A stretch of DNA of 60,326 bases, filler included, from Sphacelaria rigidula (taxonomy: Eukaryota): assembly GCA_964200075.2 (NCBI GenBank). It is 6 parts of 6 records of this genome, joined end to end, with 100 filler letters (N's around TTAATTAATTAA, not from the genome) between each part and the next. Parts side by side here need not be neighbours in the genome. Positions count along the whole stretch, not along the records: positions 1 to 9,972 come from CAXNAA020007385.1; positions 10,073 to 20,043 come from CAXNAA020007386.1; 4 more parts are not named here. One strand, written 5' to 3'. Below are positions 1-14,114 of this stretch, in pieces; position 1 is the first letter of the stretch; each line of letters starts with the position of its first letter. A program made the position numbers and the translations under genes. The notes beneath the pieces were generated by a model. It did no database searches and had not been told where the DNA came from. It was given only the letters and a program-made list of their open reading frames with translations.

Positions 1-160
1 AAGCGCCTCACATGGGCGACATTGGCGAGAACGAACCCAAGCGTGGGAATTTCCAGCTGCTCGTTGTGTACGGCTTTTCCCATTTCGATTTACGTGAAGA
101 TTTTGCTTCCTCAAACCAGGCACTTTTGTGTGTGTGGGGGGGGGGGAGCTATCGTAGAAG
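1..160. mobile_element. Right part of the same MITE family in an MCM2 intron
   Basis: Aligns with 28267-28405. Confidence 0.6.
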
Positions 161-203
161 GTGTCTGGTGCGCTCCACCATACCGGCACTGTTCCTTCTG
201 TAC

Positions 204-3200
204 CTGAGATTTGGCAGTTCCAGGGTCTCCGAGCAAAAGCACGTTGATGTCCCCTCGAATGCGGTGCTTCGCGTTGACATCCTTGGCGCAGCCGCCGAAC
301 AGACTAAGCGCGATCGCCGTCTTGACGTGCTGGCAGCCGTAGATTGATGGTGCGATCGAGCTGATGATCCGGCGCCCGATCTATGTTGATCGCCAGAAAC
401 AAGAAAAAAACAAGAAAACCAAGTCACCTCATTCCATCAATAATCTAACGCGTGGTATGTATATATATATATATATATATATGTGGCGCAGCGTTCTATC
501 AGCTGTATCTTCAAACTCGTGAAATCCCGCGTCTGGATGATCCCTGGAGAAGTTCTTCCAAGTTCACCTGTAGTTCTGTACAAGAAAAGACGTTGCTGGC
601 TCGCGCCAGAATGAAAATAATATGAGCCCACGCACGAATCGACGCGCACGCGTCTCGTTGCTATGGCGAAACCACACGCACAAGGCGCCGACTACCCCTT
701 GAGCCGAATAAGCAAATCTACTGCAACACACGTTACCAACGCCATTTGGCTCGACCCAACAAACCACCACAACCGAGAGCTGAACAGTAAACTTCCTTGA
801 CCGAGACTATCGAAAAAAAAACGTATAGCCTACATTTGATAGTTTTCATCAGTCTCCACTCGCCGACCTCTTTACACGACTCTCAAGTATTTGCCAAGAG
901 CAACAGCAACCAACAACCGACAGCTCTCACAATGGATGACGACGACAACGACAACGACAACGACAAATATCCCACAGTAATAACGACAAGTACCGCGACC
1001 CACTGCCCACAACGTCACGAATAGAGCTACTACCACTACAAACACCTCGACCACCACCACCTCATTTGTATACTCTCTGTCACATCTCACCGCGCGTCGC
1101 ACCGAAAAAGCTGTTATCTGGGGGGATGGAACAGAAACAACTGGGTGCAAAAAAACTGCCGACTCGCAAGAGGAAGTAGCCGGCGAACTGGTGTGACTTC
1201 TGATTTAGGGTCGGTTGCGCACTGAAACCGTTGCACACTTCTGACGAAAACTACAACTTTCGCATAGTGCAGTGACCGCACAGTACTGCAAATACTTGTG
1301 CTCATGGCAAGATACCACCACCACCACGCACAACGACATCAAGCAAAAGTAACAGAAGCATATCGTCAGTTGTGCTTCGTCCGCACCTGCGGGTCTCTGG
1401 CGAGAGCCAAGATCTCCCTCCTGTCGTCGTCAGTTAGGCGGTGCACCGAAAACTGATCCTGTCGTTTCTGGATGTAATTGGCCTCGATCAGGGTGCCGAA
1501 CACGGGGAACCCGGACTTCTTGGACAGGTTGAGGTCGTACGAGTGCGTGTAGATGCCCGTTACCTCGATTTCCTCGCCTACGTTTGAATAAAAATGAACC
1601 AATCGATCGATCAACCGAGGCATCAATGAGTTAATCAATATATGAAGGTATGAAGGGGGAAAGAAAAATTGATTGGGGCAATGCGTACAGACCTTTACTA
1701 CGTTCGAAGTGGGCACGGCCTAGTTGGGGTTTTCCTCGCGTGCACGCTTTGACTAAAATTAAATTTGCTAGCGTGGATAGATTTTTGTGAAATAAACACA
1801 TCGTCCCCCCCCCCCAGTGCCCAAGTTAGTGTTACGTGGTTTTATTGGGCGATACGAGTAAATACCTCGTTTATCAGGAGGGTGCTATTAACCGTGAAAC
1901 ACACTTATTCGGCTCTATTGCATCAAGAATGAAAAATTTCAATAAAACGAACCTGCACATTTTTTCATAAATACGATTGGGATAGGCTCGGTCGACCGCA
2001 AATACCGAAGAGTCGGAATCTGGGCTGAAAAGTGGCAAGACCCCCGATGACCGGTCAGCCCGTGAGCCAGCCAATATTGAGTACATATGTTTTTTTTTTC
2101 TAGGAATGTGGAGCGGATACTAGTATCTTCAGGTTTCCAATGTGACGAGCGGTGGCAAGCGAAAGAACCTGAGAAAATTGCCGATTACGAAGAAACCACC
2201 CAATTTCTCAATTTGAACGTGGGGTACTGTGCACTACATTAGTACACTACCGAACGGCGAAATACCAATTACCAAGTCAAAACATGAACGAGGAAATAAT
2301 AATAGGTAAATAGATCAAGGAAATCAATACAGCGGTACAATCAACAAAGATCACAAGCAAAAAGATGAGGGTACGTGGGAATGGAAAAGGCTTCTTCCGT
2401 ACAGTTGGCGGTTCTGGCTTTATGGTGGGATCGTTTATACCTGAATTGGGGTGGATTACTTTGGTTCTTCATGAAATATCGTAGTAGGATCACGAAACTA
2501 TTTCGGGGTGATTCGGGGCACTCCATGGTAGCTTACTTCGTTCGATCACGGCGTTTTCCATGACGTGTATAACTTACCAGAACTAAAATTACTGATAGCG
2601 GTAGACATCAACCCCCGGTACAGATCAGGACGATGGACAAAAGGCCGGCGGAGAAAAAAAGAGTGCTGAGAGACATATAAACAGTCAGGTGATCAGGTAC
2701 AGGCACATACAGACTGAGCACAAAGGGCACATCAACCAAAAAAGACTGTTACTGAAGGCACAAATCGCGCGTGCGTGCTGACCTGGTCTGGCACGGTCAA
2801 TGAGATCGGCCAATAGGATGACATCTTTGTAGCGAGGCACACGCCCGGGTGGTACGCTCCCCGGAGACTCCTGATATCCACCCAAATCAGAAGCAGCATA
2901 AAGAAGGAGGAAAAAACGACAAATGAAGAGAACGCAACAGGGGCAAAATACTGTCTTGTTCAGTTGGGCAGACAGCGATGCGAGAGGCGTGATGGTGGAT
3001 ATGTGCAAGTTTTGACCTACAAAGGCAAAATTACGTGCAATTCGACACGGAAGAATAAAACAACTGTCCATAATTTGTTGTGTATTCACGTGGTGCACAC
3101 GATCGCGAAAAACTTGAGCACCATGCACAGAGACATGCATGCGGGCATGGCATAATACAGCACGCACAGCACAAGAGCGACCGGTGCAAGGTAATACAAA

Positions 3201-6200
3201 TGAAGAGGAAGAAAAAAAATGACTGCAAAACAAATGTCTCATGGTCCGTCTCATCCCATCGATTCCTGACAAAATCACAGGGCACCCACCTGCAGTGTGA
3301 TCTTCTGGTAGTTACGGTACATGGTCTGCGCTTGGTCTACCCGAAAGCTATCTTCAGCTTGACAGCCGGGGCACGACCCAGGCCTGGCCTCTGCACCATC
3401 ACCGCTCACACGGAAAGGCCCCAGAACCGTCTGACATCGCTGCGCAACGAAGGCACAGAACGAGAAAAAAATGAAAGGCAAGCGTGCTGGGGGGAGAGGA
3501 GGCATCGCATATGTATTGGAGACCACATTCGAGGCCTGCACATGGATGAACGACATTCGGTACAGAGAGCAAGTACCCCTTTGGTTACGCCTCAGAAGAG
3601 TATGTACACTCTCTGTGCCACGAGGAGAGGTCCTTGTGGGCGTTTAATCCTTTGGGTATTTCAACATTGACGATTATCCCATGGTTGGATTCGTTAGAGA
3701 GGTAGAGCGCAGACGAAGCTGATGAAGAAAAAAACGGGAAAAAAACTTGTTTCCATCACTAAAATTATCTTTATGTATATATATATATATATCCCCTTTT
3801 GGTTCTTTTCGATCCATTTATACCCCATCGTTGACCGATTTTGGACGTTTTCACGTCGAGCACTAGCAATTACATGATGACAAAATGTTGGATGGGGCGT
3901 GCGTAGGTCAAAATCACGGACATGTTCAAAATCTATGGTGGTTTTGTGATTTCCACATTTTCTGGTCCATTTTCCGTGTTCCCGGGTCTCTCATGATTTC
4001 CTGGGAAAACGACCGAAAAATGGCCGTTCTGGGACCGGCCTACTTTTTCTCGGCCGCGCGGCTGCATAGGTCAAGCACCCACGATGTAGAAAGAACGTTG
4101 GTTTTAGCTGAAAAACGCCGACGAATGCAATAAAAATATCCAAAATCAAATATCACACGGTTAAGGGTCCATGCAATCATGAGAACATTTTTCCTGGAGG
4201 ACACTTTTGCGTTCGCTCTTGTACTGAGCTGAAAAAATACACGCGAATCATACGGTCCGAATACATCCGTATCGTTCGAGAAACTCATATAGCGCAACAA
4301 TTATTGCCCTGAAAAGTTCGTCCCAACACGACCGTATACAGTAAGTACCGTGCTTTATTCGACCAGGAGATATTCTCACAAGCCGACACATTAAATGTCC
4401 CATAGCTCAGGATAATCAGTCAGTAATAATGGTACAAAAACAATAATTACACGAGATGAAAAACGACGTGAACGTCGAAACTTGTCGAGGCGGCAGACAG
4501 ACAGCAAGTAGCGAGCAGCGTCACCACAGCCAGTCAAAAAAGAAAAGAAAAGAAAAGGCAACGGTTTGTTCCGTTTCGTGCTTGAGACTTACGCCACAGC
4601 GATACTTGACGAGCTTGAGCTGGGGGAAAACTCCTGACCTCCTGGTCACCACTCCGTGAACCTTGATCAACGCATGCAAATGCACCTGCCGGGGGAAGTA
4701 ACAGAAACGATTAAATAAAATGGTTCAGACGGATATTTAACCTACTCCATGGTGACTGACTGCTGCAGCGCGGATCAGGGCTGACAATACGGTCCTAGTT
4801 TTTAGCCGTGAACAAGGGTACTCGGGGCGACCGACCGTAGCGGAGGGTAATTCGCTCAGCAAAGTTGCCGGTTGCCCCGGTGGCTCAGTTAGTAACCTCG
4901 AAACCTTCTGACGGTTGAGTAGTGGGGTTCAATTCCTGGAGCAATCTAGGATTTTTTCTCACGACATGCCCAACAATGGAGAGCGACTATGTCGTGGGTA
5001 CACAAAGCACGACTTAAACCCCTCTCGCGATAAAAAAATAAAGGCAAGCACCGCAGGAGGAAGGTGGGGTCCTAAGAACAAATAAAAAATGAAGAACTCG
5101 TGTCTTGACCTTCCTCCTGTGTGACCCCGGCTGGTGCGCCCACATATACTGAAAGGTGCAGACTGGCACCCAAAATAAATGGGACGACAACACACAAAGT
5201 ATGTATGAAAAACCCAGGTTGTGCTCTGTAGGGTATACCCGAACGTGGAGGATCTTTGGTTGGCATACTACACCATACGGGGTGGCTCAGTTGGTAACCT
5301 CGAAACCTTCTGATGGTTGGGTCGTGGGTTCGAATCTCGATGATTTCACACGATCTGGGATTTTCCCCCACCCAATGCCCAGCAGTGGAGAGCGACCATG
5401 TCGTGGGTACACAAAATTCGACTTAGCGGCCGACAAGCGAAAGCGTCTGTTGAACCCCTCTCGCGATAAAAAATAAAGGCACGCACCGCAGAAGGAAGGT
5501 GGAGAACTAAAATAGACTTGAAAAAAAACCTCCCGTGTTGGCCTTCCTCCTGTGGGACCCCGACTGGTGCGCCCACATATACTGGAAGGTGTAAACCGAC
5601 GTCCAGAATAAATGGGATGACAACACACAACACCATACCGACATGTGTATCGAACTTCCCCCGTATGGTTCGGCGGGTTGTCGAGCTCTGTTCCGAACAC
5701 TCCGGTACGGTACGGAAGCGTATTTGCCGATAAAGTACCCGAATTTCAGCCGGCAAACCCTCCAGAACACAGCCTTGGAAGAATCAGCCGACAAAATTTC
5801 GTTGAAAAGAAAGGAAAAAACATGCCCGAAAGTAACCAAATATCTTCTGAACCCTCTTGTGCACAAACGCGAAGGGTTCCACGTAGGTCCGGGTGGTTAA
5901 TGAAGGCACTGTGACGGTGATGTAGTCCCGCTTCACAAAAGACCCGTTGGACGCTGGTACAAAATCGTCGATACTGGAGAATGTTCCACTGCTTGGACGT
6001 ACATGAAGGGTCGGTTGGACGTGAGCGCTCACCAGAGCTCATTGAAAACGAATCGGGTACGTATTCAACCACTGCTTAAACCAGCAACTACCCCCCCCCC
6101 CCCCTTCCCGCCTCACACACACAAAAAAAGCGGGTCCAGGGGACTTTCAACTGGCGACCTGCGCGTCACAGGGGTCAAGGTAAACAATGACGTGTGACTG

Positions 6201-7214
6201 TAGCACGCCGCGACGGCATTTATTTGGCCAACGGCTTCGCGTTAGACGCGCTTTGCAATTAGGGCTCATTCCTGGCGAGTAGCGGAAAATACGGAAACTT
6301 TGGGCACCTATAACGCCCCGCACACCACGCACGCAAAAGCTTTGGAGAACTACCGTTGCTCGTGCAGTGCTCGTAGGGACATACGATCACCGGTGACCAA
6401 CGAGTGTTGAGACAGGTACAGTATGGTACGGTACGGCATAGTACGATACCGCACGGTAAAGTTAGGCACAGCACAGCACAGCACAGCACAGCACAGCACA
6501 GCGCCGCGCAATACAGTGCAGCGCGCTCGACACTGCAGAGAAATGCGAAAAGCGGAAAATACGAGCGGGAACTCTAACGGCACTCTCGAGACAAGACTCG
6601 AAAAACAAATCACGAGGTATTTCCTGTGCGAGTGCCATGCAGAAGGCATAAAGGCCGAAGCTTCTTTCTTTCTTTTTTGCCTCTCCTGGGCACCTGCGTG
6701 ACGTACCCCAGGAATCACGGTGTTCCACTAGTCAACATTATGATTATCTGTGCTGACCACGGGCTGAACGCTCCTGACCCAGGACGAGTCCGCAGTCCCA
6801 CGAGGTCAACTCATCTCTCCCCCGCGGCATAATTCATAATTCATGGCAAATACATCATCCTTCATAGCCGGGAAACAAAAATCAGCCCGAACATTGAAGT
6901 AGCAGTGATAAAAGTTCGTGAGGAAAACGCAAGGTCTCAAGATATGCTTCTTCCGGTTGTTGTCGTTGATGTTGTTATTTTGTGTGCTTTTCCTTTTTTT
7001 CTCGTCGGCTCTCTTGGAGATCAGCTGGGCTATACTAGCGATTATTCGACGTTGGCGCAGGGGCAGTTTCAGCGACGGCACACGGTCATTTTCCATTTAC
7101 CTCTCTGAGGTCTCTGAGCTTGTCCACGATGGGAACGTTTGTGATGTGCACGTGAACCTCGTCGTGGATACGGTGATACTCCGGGAAGGCCTTGAGAACC
7201 ACGGCGTTTGTCAC
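204..7214 (-). CDS. MCM2: DNA replication licensing factor MCM2, internal part (exons 7214-7101, 4685-4593, 3439-3290, 2870-2783, 1577-1387, 380-204); both ends lie outside the contig
   Basis: All six exons have GT-AG boundaries and compatible phases. Spliced product includes [42 protein letters not shown], a C4 zinc finger (YRCGRC...SCPGC), [42 protein letters not shown], and IAPSIYG...[18 protein letters not shown] (Walker A). The motif series matches MCM2 as I recall it. Confidence 0.95.
1816..2230. mobile_element. Partial copy of the same TIR family in an MCM2 intron
   Basis: gggcgatacgagtaaatacc...tttatcaggagggtg...ctgaaaagtggca...agcggtggcaagcgaaa matches 52085-52410. Confidence 0.7.
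4866..5194 (+). mobile_element. tRNA-derived SINE
   Basis: A box TGGCTCAGTTAG, B box GGTTCAATTCC, 3' tail GGGACGACAACACA, and CAAAGT on both flanks (4860-4865, 5195-5200). Further copies in the window. Confidence 0.8.
5279..5629 (+). mobile_element. tRNA-derived SINE (same family)
   Basis: A box TGGCTCAGTTGG, B box GGTTCGAATCT; TSD ACACCATAC at 5270-5278 and 5630-5638. Confidence 0.85.
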
Positions 7215-8172
7215 CTGCACAAGAGAAAATACGCGAGAGATCGCGACTGGCTGAAACATGCAGTCTTCTGCAACACCGGAGACTATTCCAGAATCACAAA
7301 AAGCTACCAGACCAAACCAATTGCCCAAGGGATAGCAGAATCACACCGAGAGAGCCACATCCATTGCCTACAACGCGACCGTAGCAGCGTTAAAAGGCGC
7401 GTGTGGACTAAACAAAGTGTGTCCGGTGGACGCATTTGAACTGGAGTATAACGAAACACTAGAAGACACTACTTTAGGCGATGACCGCGTATCATGTCGC
7501 TAAAAAATGCGAGCATGAGCTGTACCACGAAAACAAGACCATTACTTTGATCAAGTGCATCCGTACGCTAAATGTCGCCCTCTCCCTATACAGCATCCCC
7601 TGGTAATAAAATTTCGGGGATCCAGTAATTGTGTCATGCACGGTACCGTGTCCGCCTCACCTCGTCCATGATCTCCAGCATGTCTTTCGGTACATCCGCT
7701 AGCCAGATTGCCAGAATAGGGACTGCTTTCGACAAGTCGATGTAGCTCACCTATGCCCCAACAAAAGCAAAGGTACAACGGACATCGTACCGTACGCAGC
7801 CCCGTAAAACGTACGCATTTTCACAGTACATTTCTTGAAGCTGAACCGGTGTGTAGTCGTCGTTAGGCTTGAATGCAGGGGCATTATCTCACACAAAGTA
7901 TGTGGCTCTATACGAAGCATACTTTTTAGTGTGGGCACTACAGGTACCACAATTCATATGGGATTTGGGACCACATACTGTTTGCTCATGATGCCCCAAC
8001 CTACCGTAATTTCGCAACAGTTCCTGTGCGAGCGAATCGAGCTCTGTCGCCACAGCCGATCATTGTCTAATGACAAATAATCAACGACGACGAGAAAAAA
8101 ATCGAAAAAGGGATGTGTATGCGGCGCCATCTCTTCCGCGACCCGTTTTTTTTTGTTGGATTCTTCCATTTC

Positions 8173-9003
8173 GGGACATTCGACAGAGCTTTGGAAACCC
8201 AAGCACGAGATATCGCCACTATGTGTCTTGGACACTTCATTGTACAATGACCTCGATGAACGGAGTCTCGCCCATTTTTCCGATTCGCTTGGCTTCGAGG
8301 TTTCGAAAATGGCCGTTGATAAAATCTAAATCCAACTCAATACAGAAAAATGCAAAGACACTGAGGATTTTTCGAAAGTATCACTTCAGACACCAGATTT
8401 TTTCATGCCCAGTTGGAAATTTGCAGGGATATACACGTTACACACGTGACACATTCGAACAAAACGGGGAAAAGTTAACTTTGGGCCATTTAACGCTACG
8501 TAAGGTTTGATTTTTTGGATGGGACGAATGTAACGTAACGTATCGTGATGTAACGTGTGGATCTTGAAGCAGTGTCTCTTGGGATTTCCCAGATGTAAAA
8601 AAAGAGCTATTTTTGTGAATTTGCAACGTGACACGTGACACGTTGCAAATTTACGAAAACAAGCAGAGTTTTTGTCACATTTGGAAAGTAAAACGCTACG
8701 TTAGGGTTCATTCGAAGGACCACACGCTATATCACGTTACGTTACACTTGTCCCATCCAAAAAATCAAACCTCACGTAGCGTTACATGACCCGAAGTTAC
8801 GTTTTTCGAATGTGTCCGGATAAAGCGTCACGTGTAACGTGTATACCCCTGGAAATTTGTTCAGAGCTCATTCCAGACCCCTCGGAGCCAAGCGAATCGT
8901 CGAAGTGGGCTAGACTCCTCTCTCAGTGAGACAATGCAAAGTGCAAAAGACACGCAGCGGCGATATTCGCTGTTTGTGGGGCAACAACTGTGTTGAATGT
9001 CCC
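8173..9003. mobile_element. Older foldback/MITE hosting the hAT-like MITE
   Basis: 8173-8300 is the imperfect reverse complement of 8879-9003 (e.g. cgattcgcttggct / agccaagcgaatcg). Confidence 0.65.
8424..8851. mobile_element. hAT-like MITE with long imperfect TIRs
   Basis: CAGGG...CCCTG termini, arms of about 130 bp rich in CACGTG/ACGT, and a perfect 8-bp flanking duplication GAAATTTG (8416-8423, 8852-8859). Confidence 0.8.
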
Positions 9004-9775
9004 CCCCCCCCAAAAAAAAACCAAAAACAAACTTCAAATCCCATGAGATATCGCGTGAGCTACCAAGAAGAAAAACACTTCCTGGTGTTCATCGACAAAA
9101 AAACATGCTACCAGAAAGAAATACGCACACGCGACGTGTTTAACGAAAAAATATCTGTAGCTGTGGAATCTACACCTGTGTGCGTCTCAAACAGACGACT
9201 GCAGCCATCGGCACAAGAACGAGGCTTACCTTCGGCACTAAAAGCTATATTCGTGTTTTCAGGGTACATGCTAGCATGCACTTCGGAAAGCACGGCCATA
9301 GACAAAAATGTACACGGCTGAATAACCACTGCCGCCCGTCGCGTGCCGTTGATCTAAATTAAAATGATGACACAACGGCCGGTTAGGGCAGGAGGTGGTC
9401 AGTTCGAATCCTGACAGTTTTCTTTCTTTTTCAAGCAGAACCTGGTGTCCGTCGATAAAAACGCGAGTACGTGAGATGCAAGGGAAATTCGACCTGAGCG
9501 GTGCGGGAGTGCTGATCCGATGCTGGATAACAAAATGACAGGCAGGAAGCGGGCGGAAAGATGGATTGGTTTCTCGAGACTGCGTACACATCCCGAGGAA
9601 GGGTGGGGGTTACAAGTATGACGAAACCACCCGCACAAGTTAACGGTTGGGGACGACAGAAACGAAATGAATCAGGCTTCAAATCACCGTTTCGTAGGGG
9701 AGGGGTTGGTGAAAGATCTCCCGCTCCCCCCCTCTCCCGACTATAATGTAATGAGCCCTCTCCCGACTATAATGT

Positions 9776-9897
9776 AATGAGCGCCGGAATGTTGGAGGTG
9801 TCTCTATTAGGAATAGGAACGGTGTTCTGTCTCGGAAGTGATGCGTGGTCAATGGTCAAACGACCGAGGCAAGCAACGATTGGGTACGCCCCCCGCC

Positions 9898-9928
<31 letters not shown>

Positions 9929-9972
9929 ACCCGCCACCCAGCCTTGCGCTCCTCCCAATCCTGCCCCACCCC
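9776..9972 (+). mobile_element. 3' fragment of the same LINE with long C-run
   Basis: Close match to 35199-35320; ends GGTACG followed by a C-run. Confidence 0.8.
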
Positions 9973-10072
9973 NNNNNNNNNNNNNNNNNNNNNNNNNNNN
10001 NNNNNNNNNNNNNNNNTTAATTAATTAANNNNNNNNNNNNNNNNNNNNNNNNNNNNNNNNNNNNNNNNNNNN
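9973..10072. other. Artificial contig linker (N44-TTAATTAATTAA-N44)
   Basis: Identical 100-nt linkers at 20044-20143, 30115-30214, 40186-40285 and 50257-50356. The 12-mer gives stop codons in all six frames. Confidence 0.98.
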
Positions 10073-10099
10073 CGCGCGTTAGCCGTGGCTTACCACTAG

Positions 10100-10192
10100 T
10101 TACTATTATTATTATTACGAACTTATTATTATTACGAATTCATTGTTGTTACGAACTCATTGTTATTACGAACTCATTATTATTACGAACTC
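10100..10192. repeat. Minisatellite, ~17-bp TTATTATTACGAACTCA units
   Basis: Five consecutive copies visible. Confidence 0.8.
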
Positions 10193-13100
10193 CACAACTC
10201 AGCCAGCAGAAGGTTACGAGGTTACCAACTGAGCCACCGGGGCGACCAGCTACCTTATATCATCATGCGAATGAAAAGGTGTCTTGATGAATAGTGCCTA
10301 CTTCCACCGCCACGTAGCTTTTTCGCGTGCAAAGACGGCTAAGCGGAAAGTGCAACCTCAGAAAGACTTGCTGTTCTACCAGCAAAAAAAAGTGGCACTC
10401 ATTGGGGATTTTCGGTGCGCGAGTTCTATTATTATCGGCTGAAGGAGAAAAAAACAACCATGAACCTTGCAGTTCAGCCTGTGCCATAATGAGCCATATT
10501 TATTTATTCAAGCAGTGCGCGGGAGTCGTGATGTGCGGTGCAGCTGTCCTATATGCGGGCGCATTTTCCATGCTTCGCTTGAATGGCATATGGTAGTTAG
10601 CGTGATTGTGTTTCGAAGAGTGCACATTTCAGCAGATAATAGGTAGGCATTCGTACTTAGTGTGGAGGCTGCAAAAGCTAGGTAAAAGCAGTCTTTACCT
10701 AGCTTGTAGAGCTAGAGCTACCAAGTTCTCACTCAAGTAGTTCGTGGCAGCGTACAACCTTTCGAGAATTTCCCCAAGAGAATTTCGGCATCAAAGCTCG
10801 CTGCAAGCAGACCATGTCATTGTTTCTCAGGGTGTGCGCTCTTCTTACAGCCATGAGGGTTGATACCTGCATGCCCCGACAATGGGCACAACGAATCATG
10901 AAGTTATACTTCTGAATCACCCGCGGACATCTGTTAATGGCTGTTCAGCAGAGATTCATCACCACGCGACTTCGTAAGGTGAAATAATGACGCACGCCAC
11001 ACGCTACATTTTCCTCGAAGTCCCCACGTTGGCGCGTCCCCATGCAGTGAAATATTAATGACAAGGTTCAGTGGGTCCATTAAATCGAAAAACAAGAGCG
11101 TAACCGCGAGAAAGCAGCCGCGGACACCGACACGCTACCGGCGAGTGATACTGACATAAAATCACGTGCGGATCCTTGAGTCAAAGCGCGACAGTATAAT
11201 ATTAAATTACATAGCACGGACATTACGTGAGCTCCCGCAACAAGCAAGCACACTAGGGCCTCTACTGGCCTAACAACGCATGCACACAGCCTGTGCCAAG
11301 TCACAGGACTCGCAGCGTGCTTTCAACACGCGTACCCCTCGGTGAAGTTCTTTGCAAACTCCGGAATGCATTCTCTTTCTGGTGCACTACGCGTCGTTAA
11401 AAGGCGACGTACATATGCAAATCTCGACAAGACTGCCTCAACGACGGAAATTCCGGTTGTACTATCACCGTGAGGTCAACGTGAGGTCGTCAAGCTTCGT
11501 AACCGCGAGGTTATTACGTACGGTACTGGTGTCTACTGTGGACGCCATGCCTGCTCACCACAGGCAATCATATAAAATCGATCATGGCACGTTCAATAGA
11601 GCACGACAACCAAACTTTAAAAAGAAACACGAGAAGCAACAAGAGGTGAAGGAAAACAAGACCATGACCTTCACCTCTTTTTGGCCTTCCCCCAGTTTCC
11701 CCGGTTCTCTTGCCGCGCCTCCGTTGAACACTACGTGCAACTAACCGAGAGATCTGCGTCGTCTTACCAGGGGGAGAGAGGATACCTCAACCCATCCCCA
11801 ATTTTCGCTCACAACGTCAAATTTAGTTCCCAACATGGGGTACCGGTATCCGTCTGTCAATTTATGGCTACATGGTTCAACCAAAAACATAATTACCCGT
11901 ATTTACGCCTGGGTACCGATACAATCAACCTCCCGGGTTCCATGCTTTCCCAAACTTCGTCGAGATACGAATGTCAAACCATGCACAATCAAATACCAGT
12001 CCAGGTCCACATTTGCCCATGCCCTCGCTTTGAATGCGTACTGTGCATTAAATGTTCCAGTATTGTCATGGGCCAATTTCGAACACATTACAAGTTCTTA
12101 GTTGTCAAACATGAACATATAGCGTTCAGCTACAAAACCCCAATTTTTCGAATCTGTGCCCTTGTGACCGGGCACCACGTTTGTCTCCGTTACCAACACG
12201 TTAATGTGTAACACGCCAACGGTATTCTTCGAATCCCTAATATATGCGAAACAGCAAACCCCTGCACGTATCACTGGAGCATGTATCCTTTTCACCCCTA
12301 ATTTGTTCATATACTGGGTATTTTCGTTCGTATAAGGTTTGTCTGCCAATTCTTGGAGCCGGCTCCCTTGTGTTGATAAGCTGTGAAAGCACTACCAATC
12401 AATGCTCTTTTTCAAAATTCGAAGCACAAAACTTCCGTACCCGTGAAGGACAACCGGGTATACTGACTTCCAAATTTCACCACAACTCTCCGAAGTACAA
12501 ACGAACGCCATTTCGATTCTAACTATGGTCATACTCCAAAATATCAAGACTTAGGGACCTCATGCCCCTGTCGTCAATCTGTGCAAGTGCCCCCAAACAG
12601 ACTCAATTTTCAATCAGAACAAATGTGCACATTGACCGAGTCCGTGCAGAGTACGGTACGACGGTAAGACAACACATGTCAAAAATGCAATTTGGGTATT
12701 TCTTACAGCGACGCATCTACTTCTGCATAGCGTATGGAGTGTGGATCTATCGCCGAAGGGTCTTCCCACCAAGCGCTCCAGACTCCCAATAACTGGGGGT
12801 TGAATGTTTCCCCGCCTTGGTCATTGTGGTCGCTGTTTTCCCTGGGTCAGTCACCGTGTATCGCCGTTGAACGTGGTGTTCAAAGTGCCAGTCGGCGCCG
12901 CCTGTGAAACATTATTGACAAAGATAGACGAAAGTTTCGAAAACGAGCGGCAGTGGTACTTGACACGAGTACAAAGTAGTATTCAATTGTACAGGCTTGG
13001 TATACGACGAAACAGAAACAACGGCGTAGAAGCATCTGCTGCGATTCAAGCGGCGGAATACTTGAGCAGCACGCGGATCTTCCCACGAACCCATGGCATT

Positions 13101-14114
13101 GGCTTCAGCTGTTCCACAGCACACCTGACGTCCACTGGGGCACCCTCTTCACCCGAAGGCTTAGTGTGCGTGCATTTTCTGTCTGTGTTACCTTAACGTT
13201 GCTTTTAGTTTGAGAATTCAGAGTTCAATGTCAGTCTATTTGTTTCCATCAATGCATACCCTTCGTAGAGTTGAGAGGGGAGATCGCCGGAGATATGAAG
13301 CGATCTCGTGGTCAAGTTTTGTCGTGTAATAGCAGCAGGGCTACCCATAACGTTGCGTACTGATATCCACTCGCTTTGGCGGGTACATATTCAGGACCTG
13401 CGTATCCCGTGTTGGGGTCGTCGGCACACTATGTCTCGTGGTACTCGTGTAAATCAGAGTTCAAGTGGTATTGACAGGAACACTTGAGATGTAAAGCAGT
13501 CCTTGTACAAGGGCTGTTTGAGTATTTCGCGCCAGCAAGTTTGCGAGTTGATACCATATGATCGCCAAAAAAAGGTGTTGAGATACCCAAGCTCACTACA
13601 ACGCGTACAATTCAACCTCAGCCGAGGCCTACGGTATAGAGCCGAAGCGGTGACCCAATTGTTTTCATCGAAGCGGTGATCCCGTGACGGTTAATGTGGA
13701 GCCCATCAAGGACATCGACGTATAGAACTCGAGCGAATACGCTGAATCACGTCTTGTTCGACCCGCAAACATTTGGATAACGCGTTCTTGAAGTGTTGCC
13801 TTTCGCACAACGTATATCTCGTATCTTGACGGGCCTTGCGCTTGACGGGCCTTGCGCGTAGTCGAGTACTTAGCCATCAGTATTGCTCTACTCGTCAGGT
13901 TTTGACACGAACCAAAACACTCGGACAACGTCTGCTGAACACTTTGAGGAGAACGGTCCTTAACCAATCGGAGCAAAAGCTAGTCGCAAGTCAGCGAATA
14001 CTCCGGTGAAACTTGCGTGCAGCGGGAATGCACAAATTGCTTCTTGTCGTACTCTTGGTCGTTCCTAACGCCCGGCTTCTGGGCCTGCGAAAGACTGAAG
14101 TACATCCTGGACCA

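Noticed and set aside
4866-4950. Possible tRNA genes (also 5279-5345, 46826-46902, 55680-55754)
   Set aside because: A/B boxes are present but there are no convincing acceptor or anticodon stems. Most continue into a shared repeat body, and the 4866 and 5279 copies have TSDs, so these are SINE heads.
10250-14100. Numerous short ORFs downstream of the CBM6 exons
   Set aside because: No recognisable motifs and no convincing splice-bounded exons; cannot be supported by eye.
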